Notes under the pieces: model-generated
Seen by the model: only the letters and a program-made list of their open reading frames with translations
Database searches by the model: none
What the model was told of the DNA's origin: nothing
Source: Nitrosopumilus sp.
GTDB lineage: Archaea; Thermoproteota; Nitrososphaeria; Nitrososphaerales; Nitrosopumilaceae
Assembly: GCA_965218695.1 (NCBI GenBank)
Contig: OZ244651.1
Coordinates: forward strand, 1,440,001 to 1,504,000
Direction of reading: 5' to 3'
DNA length: 64,000 bases
Part shown: positions 1 to 10,623 of the stretch, in pieces
Numbering within the stretch: the first letter of the stretch is position 1
Layout of the letters: every line of letters starts with the position of its first letter
Position numbers and translations under genes: made by a program

Positions 1-911
1 TCCAACACGCAAACTCATTTTTCGCTTCCCTGGCGGAGTCAAATCGATGATCCACATCACTTGCTGGAACCTGATGGGCATGGTGCTGGAAGTGTGCAAG
101 GGTATGAAAGCGCCCTACTACGCCACCATCTTCAGAAGGATCCAGTCACTAGACATATAGACAAACGGCGGCACCGTCACTGTCATCGACAGCAGGGACA
201 CGATCCGGTTTTCAGTCGACTCTATGGGCCTTAAGCAGCACAGCGGAGAGGGAAGTAGATACGGCAAAAGCGGATGGTAAGGCGCAGGTCTGTAAAGAGG
301 CATGTCCTGGCGGATGTGGACACGAAAGAGATACTGCAGTCAGGGCCACTGATGATCGGATCGGGGATTCTCCCATGTTTGTTCCGCTGCTTGACGGTGC
401 ATTGGAGAATTGCGTACGGGTAGATCCGGCATCAGAGTCCGGCCACAAAGACAGTTCCACAAAACGTTCTGCGTATGGCGATGGTGCTTACGCCTCCAGG
501 GACAACCTAATGGCATGTGGGAAACGCGATATGGTTCCGTTTATCAAGCTCAAGGCAAGCTCCGTTCCAAAAGGAAAGGGCGCAGGCGATGCGCGGGGCA
601 TGGAAGTCCGGGATCAATTTGGCGGCTCTGATCTCAATTGGGCGAAATGGCTGCCTGACGAGAAGACCAATCAGGAGGAGTGGAAGACTCGAATCAGATA
701 CGACAAGGGATGGATGGTGGAGATTGTGTTTTCTGCATTCAAGAGGATGTTCGGGGAGCACCTGTACTCATTGAAATGGAAATGATTCAGGAGGTCAATC
801 TCAAGGTGGCCGCCTACAACAGACTGATAGACATGGGGCTGGAGCGGTGTAGAACCAGATAAACGAATCAGGTACAAGTTGTGGCAGAACAAGTTGAATT
901 ATGCAACACGC
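1..911 (+). mobile_element. IS5-family (IS903-like) element, right part; transposase broken by stops and frameshifts
   Basis: Fragments ...VDSMGLKQ..., IGDSPMF, GDGAYAS and WMVEIVFSAFKRMFGE are DDE motifs. The terminus GAATTATGCAACACGC (~896-911) resembles IS903-type ends. The left end lies outside the window. Confidence 0.75.
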
Positions 912-921
912 TACGCAGTCA

Positions 922-2156
922 GGCGTTGTCCACCTTTTGATAATCCTGCTCTATTTCACACTATTTTTGGTTCATTTTGGCATCCCAAACCTGGACTCTG
1001 AAGGGGTTTCTGGTGTCGGCAGGCTTGCGGTTGGTCGTTTTTGAGCCGTTTTCATCTAGTGGTGCATGGCATCCGCTGGAACCGGAAACCGGCATTCTGC
1101 CCCTACCGGAACCCCTATGCTATCAGGTTGTAGCAGATGCTTCGCAGGATTATCTGGAGTCTCTGCATGGGAAACGTCTTTGCGGCCACGACGGAACCGA
1201 ACCTCTCCTTCATGGATGAGAACACGGACTCGACAAGACTGCGCTGGTGGTACACCTTCTCGAACCCTTCCCGATCTTGTCTGAACCAGCGGAGCATCTC
1301 TGCCCTGGGATTGAAGCCCTTTGCGGTGTGGTTCCTGCGGGGCCAGATCACCGGTTTTCTGCCGCTGTCGTAGATCATTCTGTAGTTGGCGTGTGCGTCA
1401 TACGCCGAATCCAGCATGACGTGCCCGTCGCCGTCTGGCGTGCGGGCAAACATCTTTCGGAATATCGGCGAGTCGTGGGCAAGTCCGGGCGTCACCATGC
1501 ATGCGGCGATCCTTCCGTGGGGGGCTACCAGTATGTGCAGCTTGACGAACTGGCGCCTGGGTATGATGCCCTTCTTAGCATCCTCCCAGTCGGCGTAGAT
1601 GTTGATTGAAAACCCACTTGCATCCCCGAGGAGCGGACCGCATGCGTCGCCTCCTGCCTGCCTTGGGATCACCTCCATCAGCATCTCCTGTTGCTCTGCC
1701 AGATGTTTGGCTGCCGCATGCAGGCACGATTTGGACGGAACGGCTTTTAAGCCGCAGACGTGCAGTGAACCTGGGTTGGCCTCGAGGTACGAGACGTGTT
1801 CCCGGTACGAGTTGCCGCGAAACTCCTTGTCTGCGAGGCAGATCAAGTAGGAGATTCTGCGCCGGTCCTTGTCGGATCTGGGTTTGCAGATCTTGTACAG
1901 GGTGGTGGTAAGGGAACGGATGTTGGTAGCTACTCGCTTCCACTCTCCACTTCTTCGTATCTCGTATTCCTTGCTGTAGCCTTTCGGCCGTATCCATTTC
2001 TTCTTGTTTTCTTGGTCTGTGCTCTTTGTCTTCCTCTTTTTCCTATTGGAATTCATTAATTGTGGACGGGATCGGTGATCCAAAACTTTTCTGGCGCGTG
2101 ACGCTAATGATCTTTAAGCGTAACACCGTTTTTTTGAGGAAAATGTGGACAACGCC
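922..2156 (-). mobile_element. IS5-superfamily insertion sequence
   Basis: TIRs GGCGTTGTCCAC (922-933) and GTGGACAACGCC (2145-2156), extendable to 17 bp with 1 mismatch; no TSD visible. Confidence 0.9.
1115..2083 (-). CDS. IS5-family DDE transposase
   Basis: Motifs GDASG, KLHILV, LDSAYD and YHQRSLVESVFSSMK; lies between TIRs. Confidence 0.9.
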   Translation of the reverse strand: MDHRSRPQLMNSNRKKRKTKSTDQENKKKWIRPKGYSKEYEIRRSGEWKRVATNIRSLTTTLYKICKPRSDKDRRRISYLICLADKEFRGNSYREHVSYLEANPGSLHVCGLKAVPSKSCLHAAAKHLAEQQEMLMEVIPRQAGGDACGPLLGDASGFSINIYADWEDAKKGIIPRRQFVKLHILVAPHGRIAACMVTPGLAHDSPIFRKMFARTPDGDGHVMLDSAYDAHANYRMIYDSGRKPVIWPRRNHTAKGFNPRAEMLRWFRQDREGFEKVYHQRSLVESVFSSMKERFGSVVAAKTFPMQRLQIILRSICYNLIA

Positions 2157-2457
2157 GATACGGGCATACAGAATCTATTATAACTTCAGACAAAATCTTG
2201 CACGAAACAAGTAGATCCAAAACAATGATCTGCTTTGTGTTCATTTATGGTTAGTGCAAACGTCGAGTTGACATCTATATCTGAAATGGTGCAGGCATGA
2301 TTGACTCTAATAATGCAATGTTATTACGCTAACCAGATTGTATACGGAACGGTTTTGCAGGCACGGCGGAACCCAAAAATACCTTGTTATCATGGCATGT
2401 CCCTTTAGGCCCACACCCACTGTGGGCACGAACCCCACCAATCCAGATTGCACCGCA

Positions 2458-3387
2458 TCATGGAATACCTATACGGGCGTACGAGCCGTCAGGCACCGGT
2501 ATGTCAGGGAATAGTCCGGGCCGGATTATCCTGGCAAGTATCTCTATACCGTCAACCACTCTTACGCCGGACTTGCTGAAGAACGAGTCTGCATCGACTG
2601 CAAACACGTTGTTGTCCCTTACCGCCCTGAGCGTGCGCCACTCCCGGTCGTCCCTCAGGACACCATACTCTGAGACGGCCCTGCCGGTATCAAAGCCGCA
2701 CGGCATCAAAATAATGATGTCGGGGTCCGCCCGGACCGCCTCTGTGATGTCCATCTGCCTAGAGTATTCGCCGGCCCTGCTTATCATGTTCTGGCCGCCT
2801 GCAATCTCGACCATCTCGGGAACCCAGTGGCCCGCGGTAAAGAGGGGCTCGATCCACTCTATTGCAAGGACCCTTGGCCGCTCGGGGCTTGGCACACCGC
2901 CGCCGCCGGCAATCCTGTCGATCCTTCCCTGGAGGGCGCGCGTGACCTCTGCTGCCCTTGCAGGCACCCCCAGAATTTCTCCCAGATCCGTCACCGAACC
3001 AAGTATGTCCGAAAGGCTGTGGGGATCCATGGAGTAGACAGTCGGCCGCCTTGCAAGGATTCGGAGCGCCTCATCCAGGTGGCCGGTGTGTGCCGCACAC
3101 GCCTCGCACGTCTCCTGGGATATGATAAGATCAGGTTGTGCCCTCCTGAGCACCTCCTCGTCGATCCGAAAGATCTCCTGGTGCTGGTTTATCAGGTTGT
3201 ACGTTGCAGCGTTAATCTGGCTGCTGGTCATCCCGTCAGGGTTGATTGCAGAGCTTATCACCCGGGGCTTTGCAGCAGCCTCCGGCGGATACCTGCACTC
3301 GTGGGTGACCCCGAATATCCTGTCCCCTACTCCCAGCTCGTACAGAATCTCAGTGGCGCCGGGCACCAGCGAGACGACCCTTTGCAT
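2458..3387 (-). CDS. Cobalamin/iron-siderophore ABC substrate-binding protein (BtuF-like)
   Basis: RVVSLVPGATEILYELG, GVTHEC, EWIEP and AGHWVPEM are typical of the class III periplasmic-binding family. Confidence 0.85.
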   Translation of the reverse strand: MQRVVSLVPGATEILYELGVGDRIFGVTHECRYPPEAAAKPRVISSAINPDGMTSSQINAATYNLINQHQEIFRIDEEVLRRAQPDLIISQETCEACAAHTGHLDEALRILARRPTVYSMDPHSLSDILGSVTDLGEILGVPARAAEVTRALQGRIDRIAGGGGVPSPERPRVLAIEWIEPLFTAGHWVPEMVEIAGGQNMISRAGEYSRQMDITEAVRADPDIIILMPCGFDTGRAVSEYGVLRDDREWRTLRAVRDNNVFAVDADSFFSKSGVRVVDGIEILARIIRPGLFPDIPVPDGSYARIGIP

Positions 3388-3474
3388 GCATTTGATGGCC
3401 GCAGTCCACTTAAAAATCTCATCTCCCGGGAGTCATTCGGCAGGTTAATACGCATAATCCAGGCATGTACTGCG

Positions 3475-4635
3475 ATGCGTTCGGACTCCCAGAGAATACG
3501 CCATGCAATCCTGGCAGAGTGGCACAAAAACATGTCCAAAAACAGGGATCTCTTCTCGGCCGACTCTGTCAGCGGGGCAAGCCCGCCGTCAGTCTTTGTG
3601 GGGTCATACAACTATCCCAAGGTCTTTGTGGGCCCGATGGTGCCGCCCACCCACGGGGACACAAGCCTGCTGGACAGTCCGGAACGATGGGAGGGTAAGA
3701 CACTAGAAGAAATAGTCAACTTTAGGCTGAACCTGATCCGCGGAATAAAGCCTGTCCCGGTGCAGCAGACCGAGGGGCGCTACGTCGAGAGCCTTCAGGA
3801 GGTCGCGATGGCATCGCGGCCGGCCGAATCTGATCTGTCGTTTAGCAGGCCGGTCTCCCCCTCTGGAGTCTCCATCGACGGGGAGAGCGCCCCGTTTGGC
3901 CCCGTAGGCAGAATAGAATCGGCAAGGTTTTCAGGGGTGTCCCCCGTCAGGCAGATTGAGAAGGCATTCTATGACGGCGACCTCAAGGCACAGGATGCAG
4001 TCATGGACCTGTACTGTTCGGGAGTCGAGATATCCAGGATTCAAAGGTGCCTCAGCATTGGAATGCTAGGCAGAAGGCGGAGGCTCGTTCCCACCAAGTG
4101 GAGCATTACAGCAACCGACGATATGATCTCGTCTGCACTCGTCGAGGATGTCCTGGAGTATACCCTGATTGACTCGTGCAGGGTATTCTCCTTTGAGCAT
4201 CTGGGAAACGTCTTTGCGGTGATACTGTTCCCCCGCAGGTGGCTCTACGAGATGATCGAGGCATGGCACTCTGACGGGACAGTTGGGTTCGGCTCCGACT
4301 CAGAGGATGCGCGCGGGATAGACCATCCGCCTGCCATAGACGGCGCCTATTTTGCGGCAAAACTGGGGGTTGCAGAGTACCTGCACCGGAACAAAGTCCA
4401 GGCAGGCGCCGTGATCCTAAGGGAGATCAGGCCAGAGTACGCAATACCCGTGGGGGTATGGCAGGTCAGGGAGGGAATCCGCCAGACCATGAGGCAGGAG
4501 CCAGCAATTGCAGACGGCCTTGGCCACGGGCTGCTTTTGGCGTCTGAAAGGACCAGCATCAGCAAGACAGAGTGGCTCCTGCACGGCAGCATCTCAAGAT
4601 TGGTCAGGCAGAAGGTCCTGTCTGACTTTTTCTAG
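3475..4635 (+). CDS. Nre-family archaeal DNA repair protein
   Basis: SPPSVFVGSYNYPKV, LVPTKWSITATDD, PVGVWQVRE and a C-terminal PIP box QKVLSDFF; start reassigned to ATG 3475. Confidence 0.88.
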   Translation: MRSDSQRIRHAILAEWHKNMSKNRDLFSADSVSGASPPSVFVGSYNYPKVFVGPMVPPTHGDTSLLDSPERWEGKTLEEIVNFRLNLIRGIKPVPVQQTEGRYVESLQEVAMASRPAESDLSFSRPVSPSGVSIDGESAPFGPVGRIESARFSGVSPVRQIEKAFYDGDLKAQDAVMDLYCSGVEISRIQRCLSIGMLGRRRRLVPTKWSITATDDMISSALVEDVLEYTLIDSCRVFSFEHLGNVFAVILFPRRWLYEMIEAWHSDGTVGFGSDSEDARGIDHPPAIDGAYFAAKLGVAEYLHRNKVQAGAVILREIRPEYAIPVGVWQVREGIRQTMRQEPAIADGLGHGLLLASERTSISKTEWLLHGSISRLVRQKVLSDFF

Positions 4636-4751
4636 GATGTCTGGAGACATTGCAGACTTTTGGCAGGCATCTTTTGGATGGCATCAGGCTATACCCGCGT
4701 GCGGATCTCACGTACAGAAACATCCAGGGTATTCCAGAGCACATACCGATT

Positions 4752-5030
4752 CTATTCGGCAGTAATCCTGTTTTTGTCATGCCGCCTCTTCTTGAGCAGG
4801 CTGTACATGATCATTCCGACGTTTATGATGGAGACGATCTCAATCAGGTCCACTCCGTAGAGGAGCCAGTCCAGGACCGGGTGAACCCTTGAGACGATTC
4901 CTGCCTCCAGCATCAGATCCGCGTTCCACACCATGTGCGGAATCTGGATGAACTGTATTATGGTGATGATGATTATGCTTCCCAGAATCTTGTTCTCGTA
5001 CCATTTCCAGAATTTGTTCCATGCGTTCAT
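4752..5030 (-). CDS. Small membrane protein, hypothetical
   Basis: 92 aa with two hydrophobic segments; fills the gap between two genes. Confidence 0.7.
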   Translation of the reverse strand: MNAWNKFWKWYENKILGSIIIITIIQFIQIPHMVWNADLMLEAGIVSRVHPVLDWLLYGVDLIEIVSIINVGMIMYSLLKKRRHDKNRITAE

Positions 5031-5102
5031 GCATTACTCTGGCGTTTGATTCTATTAAACGGTATGAAAATTAGATTGCCCTAACTTTGTACATGCAGGT
5101 TC

Positions 5103-5897
5103 TTATTCATGTCCAAGTGCCAGCGCGCCTTCCCTCTTGTGCCTGCTGTTCCGGCTCATCTCCTGAATCTTCTCGATTGTCGGTTCGGGGATTCCGGTTG
5201 CCGTATGAATATCACCGGCAGACATCTTCTTCTCAAGCAGGCAGTACAGGACCGAGTCGACCTCCTCGTACGTGACTCCCAGCTCGCCTTCTGCCTCATG
5301 GCCCTCCCACAGGTGCGGGCTGCTCTTCTTTTCGATGATGTCTGGGGGGATCCCAAGGTGCCTTGCAAGCTGGCGTATCTGGAGCTTGTACAGGGAGATG
5401 ATCGGCGTGATGTCCGAGGCGCCGTCGCCGAACTTTGTAAAGTATCCAATCTGGTACTCGCTTTTGTCGCTGGCGCCAAGCACCAGGTAGTTCTTGGCGT
5501 TTGCATAGTAGTACAGTATGTTTGCCCGAATCCTTGCGCGCAGGTTTCCCTGGGCTGAGGCATCGGGTTCAAGATACATCGAGTACTCACGAACGATGGG
5601 CCGGATGTCGACAAGCTTGTACTGGATTCCAAGCAGGGAGATTACCTTCATGGCGTCACCGGTCTCGGATTCCGGGGTTACTGCAGTGTCGGGCATGACG
5701 ACTGCGACGGTGTCATCCTTGAGGTATCTGCCGCACAGGTATGCCAGGACCGCAGAGTCCACTCCCCCGCTGAGCCCGAATATCACTCCCTCTGAGCGGT
5801 TCTGCCTGACCTGCTCGGAGAGGAGGCTCCCTATAGTCTGGGCAATCCGGGAGTAGTCCTGATCTTTTATCTCCTCTAGTATGTCCTGATTCAACAA
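5103..5897 (-). CDS. nadE: NH3-dependent NAD+ synthetase
   Basis: GLSGGVDS, GNLRARIR, GYFTKFGDG. Confidence 0.95.
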   Translation of the reverse strand: MLNQDILEEIKDQDYSRIAQTIGSLLSEQVRQNRSEGVIFGLSGGVDSAVLAYLCGRYLKDDTVAVVMPDTAVTPESETGDAMKVISLLGIQYKLVDIRPIVREYSMYLEPDASAQGNLRARIRANILYYYANAKNYLVLGASDKSEYQIGYFTKFGDGASDITPIISLYKLQIRQLARHLGIPPDIIEKKSSPHLWEGHEAEGELGVTYEEVDSVLYCLLEKKMSAGDIHTATGIPEPTIEKIQEMSRNSRHKREGALALGHE

Positions 5898-5975
5898 GTA
5901 TGCTGGACTGCCTGTAAGGATAAATCTTGTGCAGTAGTCACCACAGGCATCGGTTTGCCCCGGGTTCGGGACTCC

Positions 5976-6278
5976 TCAGACGTCTACGTATATGCCGTCG
6001 TCTCGAACCTCTACAGGATACGTCCTCAGCTTGACATCCTTGAGATAGTCCACCAGCTCCCCCGTCTTGATGTTGTAGTGCCAAAAGTGCAGCGGGCACT
6101 CCACGATGTCGCCGTCAAGTTTTCCCGGCGCAATCGAGCCGTCCTGGTGGACGCACAGGTTGTCCATCGCGTGATACCCGTCCTGGTTGAATACGGCGAT
6201 CTTTCTTCCGTCCATGTCAAACGCCCTGCCGCTTCCGGGATTCACGGCGCCCTTGAGCGCGATCTTTTTCCAGGTCAA
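5976..6278 (-). CDS. Rieske 2Fe-2S ferredoxin
   Basis: CVHQ...CPLH Rieske motifs. Confidence 0.9.
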   Translation of the reverse strand: MTWKKIALKGAVNPGSGRAFDMDGRKIAVFNQDGYHAMDNLCVHQDGSIAPGKLDGDIVECPLHFWHYNIKTGELVDYLKDVKLRTYPVEVRDDGIYVDV

Positions 6279-6425
6279 TGGTTTTAGGGTTTTATTGGCA
6301 TTTATTTAGATTCGTATGGGCGTTTCTAGGACAAGGCGTTGCCGCTTTTTGGACGGGGATGATACGATGCAGAGATCGTCTCCAGACGGTTGCCCGTATT
6401 GATCTTCGTGTTTGTTGTGCCCAGC

Positions 6426-7667
6426 CTACCAGCTGCTTGCGTATCTCTTCTGCTCTGGGGTGAGCCTGTCAATTCCCACTTCCATGGCCTTGAGCGCGTC
6501 GACTGCCACCTGCCTGTCAATCTTGGCAGGAACGTTGGTTATCTTGTTTTCCATGGTACCGTGGTTTTCAAGTATGTGCATTATGGACAGGATCTGGTTT
6601 GAGAAGGACTGCGCCATGACCTCCGGCGGATGGCCCTCTGCGGCGACCAGATTTGCAAGACGGCCCTGCCCGACAAGATACACCTTCTTTCCGTTGCCCA
6701 GCGTGCACTCGTCAAGATTGGGCCGCACCTCCCGGACGGATTTGGACTCGTTTAGGAGAAACTTGCAGTCAATCTCGACATCAAAGTGGCCCACATTGCC
6801 CAGGATCGCACCGTCGCGCATCTTGAGGATGTGCTCCTTTCTTATCACGCTGGTCATTCCCGTACAGGTTATGAAGATGTCCCCGATTCTTGCGGCCTTT
6901 GCCATCGGCATCACCTCGAATCCGTCCATGTGCGCCTCTAGGGCCTTGACGGGATCGACTTCGGTAACTATCACCTTGCATCCCATTCCCCGGCACCTTG
7001 CAGAGACACCCTTGCCTACCCAACCGTACCCCACGACGACGGCACGCTTTGATGCCATGAGCAGGTTCATGGCACGCAGGTAGCCGTCGATGGTGCTCTG
7101 TCCGGTTCCGTACCGGTTGTCAAACATGTGCTTGGTGTGCGCCTCGTTTACCAGTATTACGGGATACCGCAGCTTGCCCTGGTTCTCCACTGCCCTTATC
7201 CGGGTCACCCCGGCAGTGGTCTCTTCGGTTGCCCCAAGAATCTTCATGCTGCTGAACCTCTTGTCAAAATGCGCCTTGATGTTCATGTCGGCGCCGTCAT
7301 CAGTCAGGATGACCGGCTTGTGTTTTAGTACCTGGTCTATGCACCAATCATACTCCTTGACGGACTGCCCGTTCCAGGCGTACACGTGAATTCCTTGGGA
7401 TGCCAGAAATGCGGCAACGTCGTCCTGCGTGGTCAGCGGGTTCCCGCCGCAGCAGGCAACGGTCGCGCCAAGCTCCTTGGCGCCCATGAGCAGGACAGAC
7501 GTCTCCTTTGTGATGTGCAGGCAGAACCCAATGGTTATGCCCTCAAGGGGCTTTGATGGTCTGAGCCTGTCGATGGTGTTGTTTAGAATCTGCATGTGCG
7601 ACTTGGCCCATTCATAGGATCGCTTCCCGCCGCTGATCATCTTCTTGCTGGTCTTTACCTTGCTCAA
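6426..7667 (-). CDS. ahcY: Adenosylhomocysteinase
   Basis: CLHITKET, TTQDDVAA, EETTAGV, KHMFDNRYGTGQS, GYGWVGKG, EGHP; likely start is TTG 7667. Confidence 0.96.
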   Translation of the reverse strand: MSKVKTSKKMISGGKRSYEWAKSHMQILNNTIDRLRPSKPLEGITIGFCLHITKETSVLLMGAKELGATVACCGGNPLTTQDDVAAFLASQGIHVYAWNGQSVKEYDWCIDQVLKHKPVILTDDGADMNIKAHFDKRFSSMKILGATEETTAGVTRIRAVENQGKLRYPVILVNEAHTKHMFDNRYGTGQSTIDGYLRAMNLLMASKRAVVVGYGWVGKGVSARCRGMGCKVIVTEVDPVKALEAHMDGFEVMPMAKAARIGDIFITCTGMTSVIRKEHILKMRDGAILGNVGHFDVEIDCKFLLNESKSVREVRPNLDECTLGNGKKVYLVGQGRLANLVAAEGHPPEVMAQSFSNQILSIMHILENHGTMENKITNVPAKIDRQVAVDALKAMEVGIDRLTPEQKRYASSW

Positions 7668-7843
7668 TGTTGAAATCTCCCGACCCGAATATAAAATCCT
7701 ATCAAAGGTTGGCCGCGTATGCACTCAGGTCCAATACGATTCTAGGCACGAGTTTGCAATGAATTATGCCTGTGTTTACAAGGGGCATGAGTGCGTACCG
7801 CTCAACAATTGGAAATTATTTAAATTTGGTAGATCTAATTATC

Positions 7844-7908
7844 GTGTTGCGAAATGGGTCGCAGCATTTCAGACACAGTGGTGGCGGGTATGCAATCCTG
7901 CGTCCGCC
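7844..7908 (-). ncRNA. Candidate structured RNA at the 3' end of the DUF3800 gene
   Basis: Minus strand: hairpin GGCGG-acGCAggatTGCatac-CCGCC, then GTGT..GAAATG-loop-CATTTC..ACAC. It is a GC-rich patch in an AT-rich gene, directly after the GYGLTFYP motif. Confidence 0.4.
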
Positions 7909-8029
7909 TTGGGTAAAATGTCAATCCATAACCAAAAATTATTCCATATGGATTAGTCTGAAACTTTGTATTGATTAGATTCAAATATTCATCAAAAGCA
8001 TGCTGGCCGTACAGTCGCCTTCCTATGCA

Positions 8030-9321
8030 TAGTCGGGGACATAATGTTTCGCTAATTTGACGGTGCGGATTTGTGAGCAAACAACCGAAAAACTTTGATC
8101 CTAGGACATATTGAAAATTGGCATGATATTTTCAAAGGCGCTGTGCAGGAAAGACAGGCTGCCCAAGGGCAACGAATTCCTGCAGGATACAAACCAAGAT
8201 GAGATCCTCCGGATGATTAACCAGACGCTGTCCGGCAAGGCGCGGGACATATTGGTTGCATGCCACAAGAGAAAAGCCGGGATGAGCCTGCACGCCATAT
8301 CGAGTGCGATGATGAAGCCGTATTCCACCATACGCGGCTGGCTGGTAAGGGTCACCAGGCGCGGGCTGGCAGGCAGGTTTGACAAAAAGTCTACCGGAAG
8401 AAGGAGGATGCTGGGAGAACGCTCGGTTTGGATGATAAAGGCCTGGCTCCTGGAGGCGCCGTCAAAATTCGGGTTCGAGTCCGCGTCATGGAGCACAAGG
8501 ATGCTGCTTGGTGTAATCATGGACTGGATCGGCATGGGCGCCAGCGCCCGTACGCTGCGACGGGTATTGCGCCGGCTCGGATTCTCATACACGAAACCAA
8601 GACCCGTGCCCCGCAGGTCTGCCACGGCAGAAGAACAAAAGCGGTTCAAGGAGGAGACGACCGAGTCTATCCTAGGCATGATTTCGAGTGGACGCACGGT
8701 ACTTGCAGGAGACGAGGTCGCAGTCCAGCTGGGGGCAAGCGCCGGGTACGGGTGGAGGCCAATCGGAGGCGGCAATACGGTAGACACGGCGTTCAGCACA
8801 AAGTCATCCCGGATGTTTGGCGCGCTGTCATCTGAGAGGATCCACGTAAAGGACGTAGAGTACACAAATTCCGAGACGTTCAAGGATTTCCTGACGGACA
8901 TGCGCCAGACGTACGGGAAATTTGTCATGATCTTGGACAACGCGTCATACCACAAGACCGACACGGTCACGGATTTTGTAAATGGTACCAACGGGGACAT
9001 ACGGCTGATATTCCTCCCGCCGTACACCCCACAGCTCAACCCCATCGAGGTCCAGTGGAGGGTGCTCAAGAAAACACTTGCCGGGCGGCAGTTCAAAACA
9101 ACAGATGAAGTCGTGGATGTCGTCAAGAGAATAATCAACTCAGGCGAGATGAAGCCGGTCAAGATGATGAAATATCTTACGCCGTAAAGGCATTCCCGGA
9201 AATTCTTGCAACAAACTTAGTCAGATTACATCCCTGTACCCTGCCAACTTGGTATAATTCTAAGATGGGCGGTAGCTACAGTCTGGACGGGAAAAAGAGC
9301 GAAACATTATGTCCCCGACTA
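8030..9321 (+). mobile_element. IS630-family element 1
   Basis: Perfect TIRs TAGTCGGGGACATAATGTTTCGCT and AGCGAAACATTATGTCCCCGACTA, flanked on both sides by TGCA. Confidence 0.93.
8111..9187 (+). CDS. IS630-family transposase
   Basis: N-terminal HTH; GDE, LDNASYH, LPPYTPQLNPIE. Confidence 0.95.
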   Translation: MKIGMIFSKALCRKDRLPKGNEFLQDTNQDEILRMINQTLSGKARDILVACHKRKAGMSLHAISSAMMKPYSTIRGWLVRVTRRGLAGRFDKKSTGRRRMLGERSVWMIKAWLLEAPSKFGFESASWSTRMLLGVIMDWIGMGASARTLRRVLRRLGFSYTKPRPVPRRSATAEEQKRFKEETTESILGMISSGRTVLAGDEVAVQLGASAGYGWRPIGGGNTVDTAFSTKSSRMFGALSSERIHVKDVEYTNSETFKDFLTDMRQTYGKFVMILDNASYHKTDTVTDFVNGTNGDIRLIFLPPYTPQLNPIEVQWRVLKKTLAGRQFKTTDEVVDVVKRIINSGEMKPVKMMKYLTP

Positions 9322-9325
9322 TGCA

Positions 9326-10623
9326 TAGTAGACGACAGAATGTTTCGCTCATTTTGCCATGAGTGGCAAGTACCTGATATTCAAATTAAAACCCCGCCAG
9401 GACGACACGGCGTAAGCATGGCCCAAATGGTTTTGGTGCAAAAATTCCCGTGAAGATCCTTACGGCGTAAGGTACTTCATGAGTTTGACGGGTTTCATCT
9501 CGCCTGTTCTGATTATTCTCTTGACGGCGCCTGCAACCTCACCTGTAGTCTTGAACTGCCTTCCGGCAAGTATTCTCTTGAGCACCCTCCACTGGACCTC
9601 GATGGGGTTGAGCTGCGGGGTGTACGGCGGGAGGAATATCAGCCGCACGTCTCCTCCGGTGCCCTTCACAAAATTCTTCACCGTATCCGTCTTGTGATAT
9701 GACGCGTTGTCCAAGACCATGACGAATCTTCCGTACGTCCGGCGCATGTCTTTTAGGAAATCTACGAACGTTTCGGAGTTTGTGGACTCGACTTCTTTTG
9801 CGTGGATCCGGCCCAGGGCCAGCGCGCCAAACATCCGGACTGATCTCGTGCTGAACTTGACGCTTACCGTGCCTCTGCCTCCTATGGGCCTCCACCCGTA
9901 TCCGGCGCCTGCCCCCAGCTGGACTGCAGCCTCGTCTCCTGCAAGCACGGCGTATCCGCGTGAAATTACGCTCAGGATCGTTCTTTTTGTCTTCTCCTTG
10001 AATTGCTCCTGCTCCTCGGTCGTGGCAGACTTGCGGGGCGCGGGCCGGGGTTTTGTGTATGAGAACCTGATCCGGTGCAGTGCCCGCTGTAGCGTGCGGA
10101 TGCAGCCGAATGCGCAGATCCTGCTCCTGATTGCGTCGCGCACCATGCCCAAGCTCCACGACGCGGATGCGAATCCGAATTTGGACGGATCCTCGTACAG
10201 CCAGTTTCTTATCATCCTGACTGTGTGCTCGTCCAGTATCCTCTTTCTCCCGGTTGACTTTTTGTCAAACCTGCCGTTCAATCCATCTTGGACGAGCCGC
10301 ACGAGCCACCCGCGGACGGTGGAGTACGGCCTCATCATGGAGCCGGATATGGCGCGCAGGCTCATTCCGTCTTTTCTCTTGCAGCACGCAACCAATATGT
10401 CGCGCGCCTTGCCTGACGGCGTTTGGGAAATCATCCGGCGGATCTTGTCTTGGCTCACGTCTTGCAGGAATTGGTCGCCTTTGGGCAGCCTGTCATTCTT
10501 GTATGGCGTGTTTGAGAATATCACCCAGATTTTCAGCACGTTCTGGGATCAAAATCTTTCGGTGGGAAATAACACCCACTCAATTTACGCGCTTAAATGA
10601 TCGAAACATTTTGTCGTCCACTA
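9326..10623 (-). mobile_element. IS630-family element 2, inverted and 4 bp from element 1
   Basis: TIRs TAGTAGACGACAGAATGTTTCGCTC and GATCGAAACATTTTGTCGTCCACTA (3 mismatches); flanks TGCA and CGCA. Confidence 0.92.
9460..10539 (-). CDS. IS630-family transposase, diverged paralogue of 8111..9187
   Basis: GDE, LDNASYH, LPPYTPQLNPIE; shares the C-terminus MKYLTP. Confidence 0.95.
   Translation of the reverse strand: MLKIWVIFSNTPYKNDRLPKGDQFLQDVSQDKIRRMISQTPSGKARDILVACCKRKDGMSLRAISGSMMRPYSTVRGWLVRLVQDGLNGRFDKKSTGRKRILDEHTVRMIRNWLYEDPSKFGFASASWSLGMVRDAIRSRICAFGCIRTLQRALHRIRFSYTKPRPAPRKSATTEEQEQFKEKTKRTILSVISRGYAVLAGDEAAVQLGAGAGYGWRPIGGRGTVSVKFSTRSVRMFGALALGRIHAKEVESTNSETFVDFLKDMRRTYGRFVMVLDNASYHKTDTVKNFVKGTGGDVRLIFLPPYTPQLNPIEVQWRVLKRILAGRQFKTTGEVAGAVKRIIRTGEMKPVKLMKYLTP

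Noticed and set aside
2827-3474. N-terminal 216 aa of the 602-aa ORF
   Set aside because: Antisense to the BtuF-like gene; Nre-like sequence starts only at ATG 3475.
8101-10600. Long antisense ORFs opposite the IS630 transposases (and similar shadows elsewhere)
   Set aside because: Reverse-frame shadows of GC-rich coding sequence with no motifs.
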